DNA from: a virus
Lineage: Duplodnaviria > Caudoviricetes
Strand: one strand, 5' to 3'
Virus record (IMG/VR): IMGVR_UViG_3300037419_001520
Coordinates: 1-36,348 of that record
DNA: 36,348 nt
Part shown: in pieces, positions 35,616 through 36,348 of the stretch
Layout: the number at the start of each line of letters is the position of its first letter
Position numbering within the stretch: position 1 is the stretch's first letter
Notes under the pieces: generated by a model
The model's database searches: none
What the model saw: only the letters and a program-made list of their open reading frames with translations
Told to the model about the DNA's origin: nothing
Translations under genes and position numbers: made by a program

Positions 35616-36348
35616 ATGAGCGCAACCCCTAGTCCCACGGTCCAGCTCCTCGGGAAGCTGAAGGAGGTCGCCGACGCGATCCCCTTCGTCGAGAAGCGCG
35701 GCCGGAACGACCACCATCACTACGACTTCGTCCAGGCGGTCGACGTTGTCCGCGACGTCCGCGCGCACCTCCTCGCCCGCTCCGTCGTCGTGATCCCCGG
35801 CACCGTGCCGGGCTCCGTCCGCCAGCACACCGAGACGGGCGGGAAGGCGTTCGTCACGACCGTTGACCTGATCTACCGCTTCGTCGACACCGAGACGGCC
35901 GCCGAGGTCGTCGTCCCGTGGACCGGCGCCGGGTCCGACACTGGCGGCGACAAGGGCCTGTACAAGGCGTACACCGGCGGGCTGAAGTACGCCCTCCTGT
36001 CGCTCTTCCTCCTGCCGACGTCGAACGACCCGGAGAACGACGCGCTCACGGCGCCGAACGCCGCCCCGGCCGAGCACCAGAACGGCACCGTCGGGAAGGA
36101 CGCCGAGCGTCCGCCCGCGCCGTCGATCCCGCTCGACCGCGCGAAGTCGATCGCCGACGCCGCCGTGGCCGCCGGGCTCGCCGCCTGGGGCACGGACTCC
36201 GCCTTCGACGCGACGCCGGTCCTGAAGGCGAAGCTGGCCGAGCTGGGCGTGACGAAGGTCGGCCAGCTCAACGTCGACCAGGCGGAGGACATGGAGGCGT
36301 TCATCGCCGCCGAGGCCGCCGCCGACCGCGCCCCGGAGCCGCAGTCGT
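35616..36348 (+). CDS. ERF-family ssDNA annealing protein, runs off the right edge
   Basis: Not in the ORF track; MSATPS..VEKRGRN..YDF..GSDTGGDKGLYKAYTGGLKYALLSLFLLPT..DPE. Confidence 0.88.
   Translation, partial: MSATPSPTVQLLGKLKEVADAIPFVEKRGRNDHHHYDFVQAVDVVRDVRAHLLARSVVVIPGTVPGSVRQHTETGGKAFVTTVDLIYRFVDTETAAEVVVPWTGAGSDTGGDKGLYKAYTGGLKYALLSLFLLPTSNDPENDALTAPNAAPAEHQNGTVGKDAERPPAPSIPLDRAKSIADAAVAAGLAAWGTDSAFDATPVLKAKLAELGVTKVGQLNVDQAEDMEAFIAAEAAADRAPEPQS

Overview
About 36 kb of a very GC-rich (roughly 72-74% by eye) tailed phage or prophage genome, probably infecting an actinobacterium (inference). The minus strand from about 25.6 kb to the left edge carries one long operon: small ORFs and a bacterial-type recA; a block of probable virion accessory proteins (SGNH hydrolase, lectin/polysaccharide-lyase-like protein); an HNH nuclease and Zn-finger ORFs; a probable cos region; terminase, portal, scaffold and capsid; neck; and a contractile tail (sheath, tube, frameshifted chaperone, tape measure, LysM initiator, hub, gp25, baseplate J/I). 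The right part holds replication, recombination and regulatory genes (SprT-like protease, prim-pol, HicA-like protein, HNH, Holliday junction resolvase, DUF6378, PD-(D/E)xK exonuclease, HTH/RHH/XRE regulators, ERF). No integrase, lysis cassette, tRNA or CRISPR array is visible. The most unusual signal is non-coding: at least five repeated sequence elements. (1) A quasi-palindromic GTCTAAAC site occurs 11 times, spaced about 4 kb apart with alternating orientation across the structural arm. (2) A TTGACA..TATACT promoter class with an internal dyad drives mostly leaderless single-gene cassettes. (3) A second promoter class has TGTCC repeats at an 11-bp period. (4) A shared transcript-start sequence AGCGCAACC gives four unrelated proteins the N-terminus MSAT. 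(5) A sense-strand CTTCTGAGAG motif sits before several genes. Protein calls come from motif recognition and synteny only; no database search was run.
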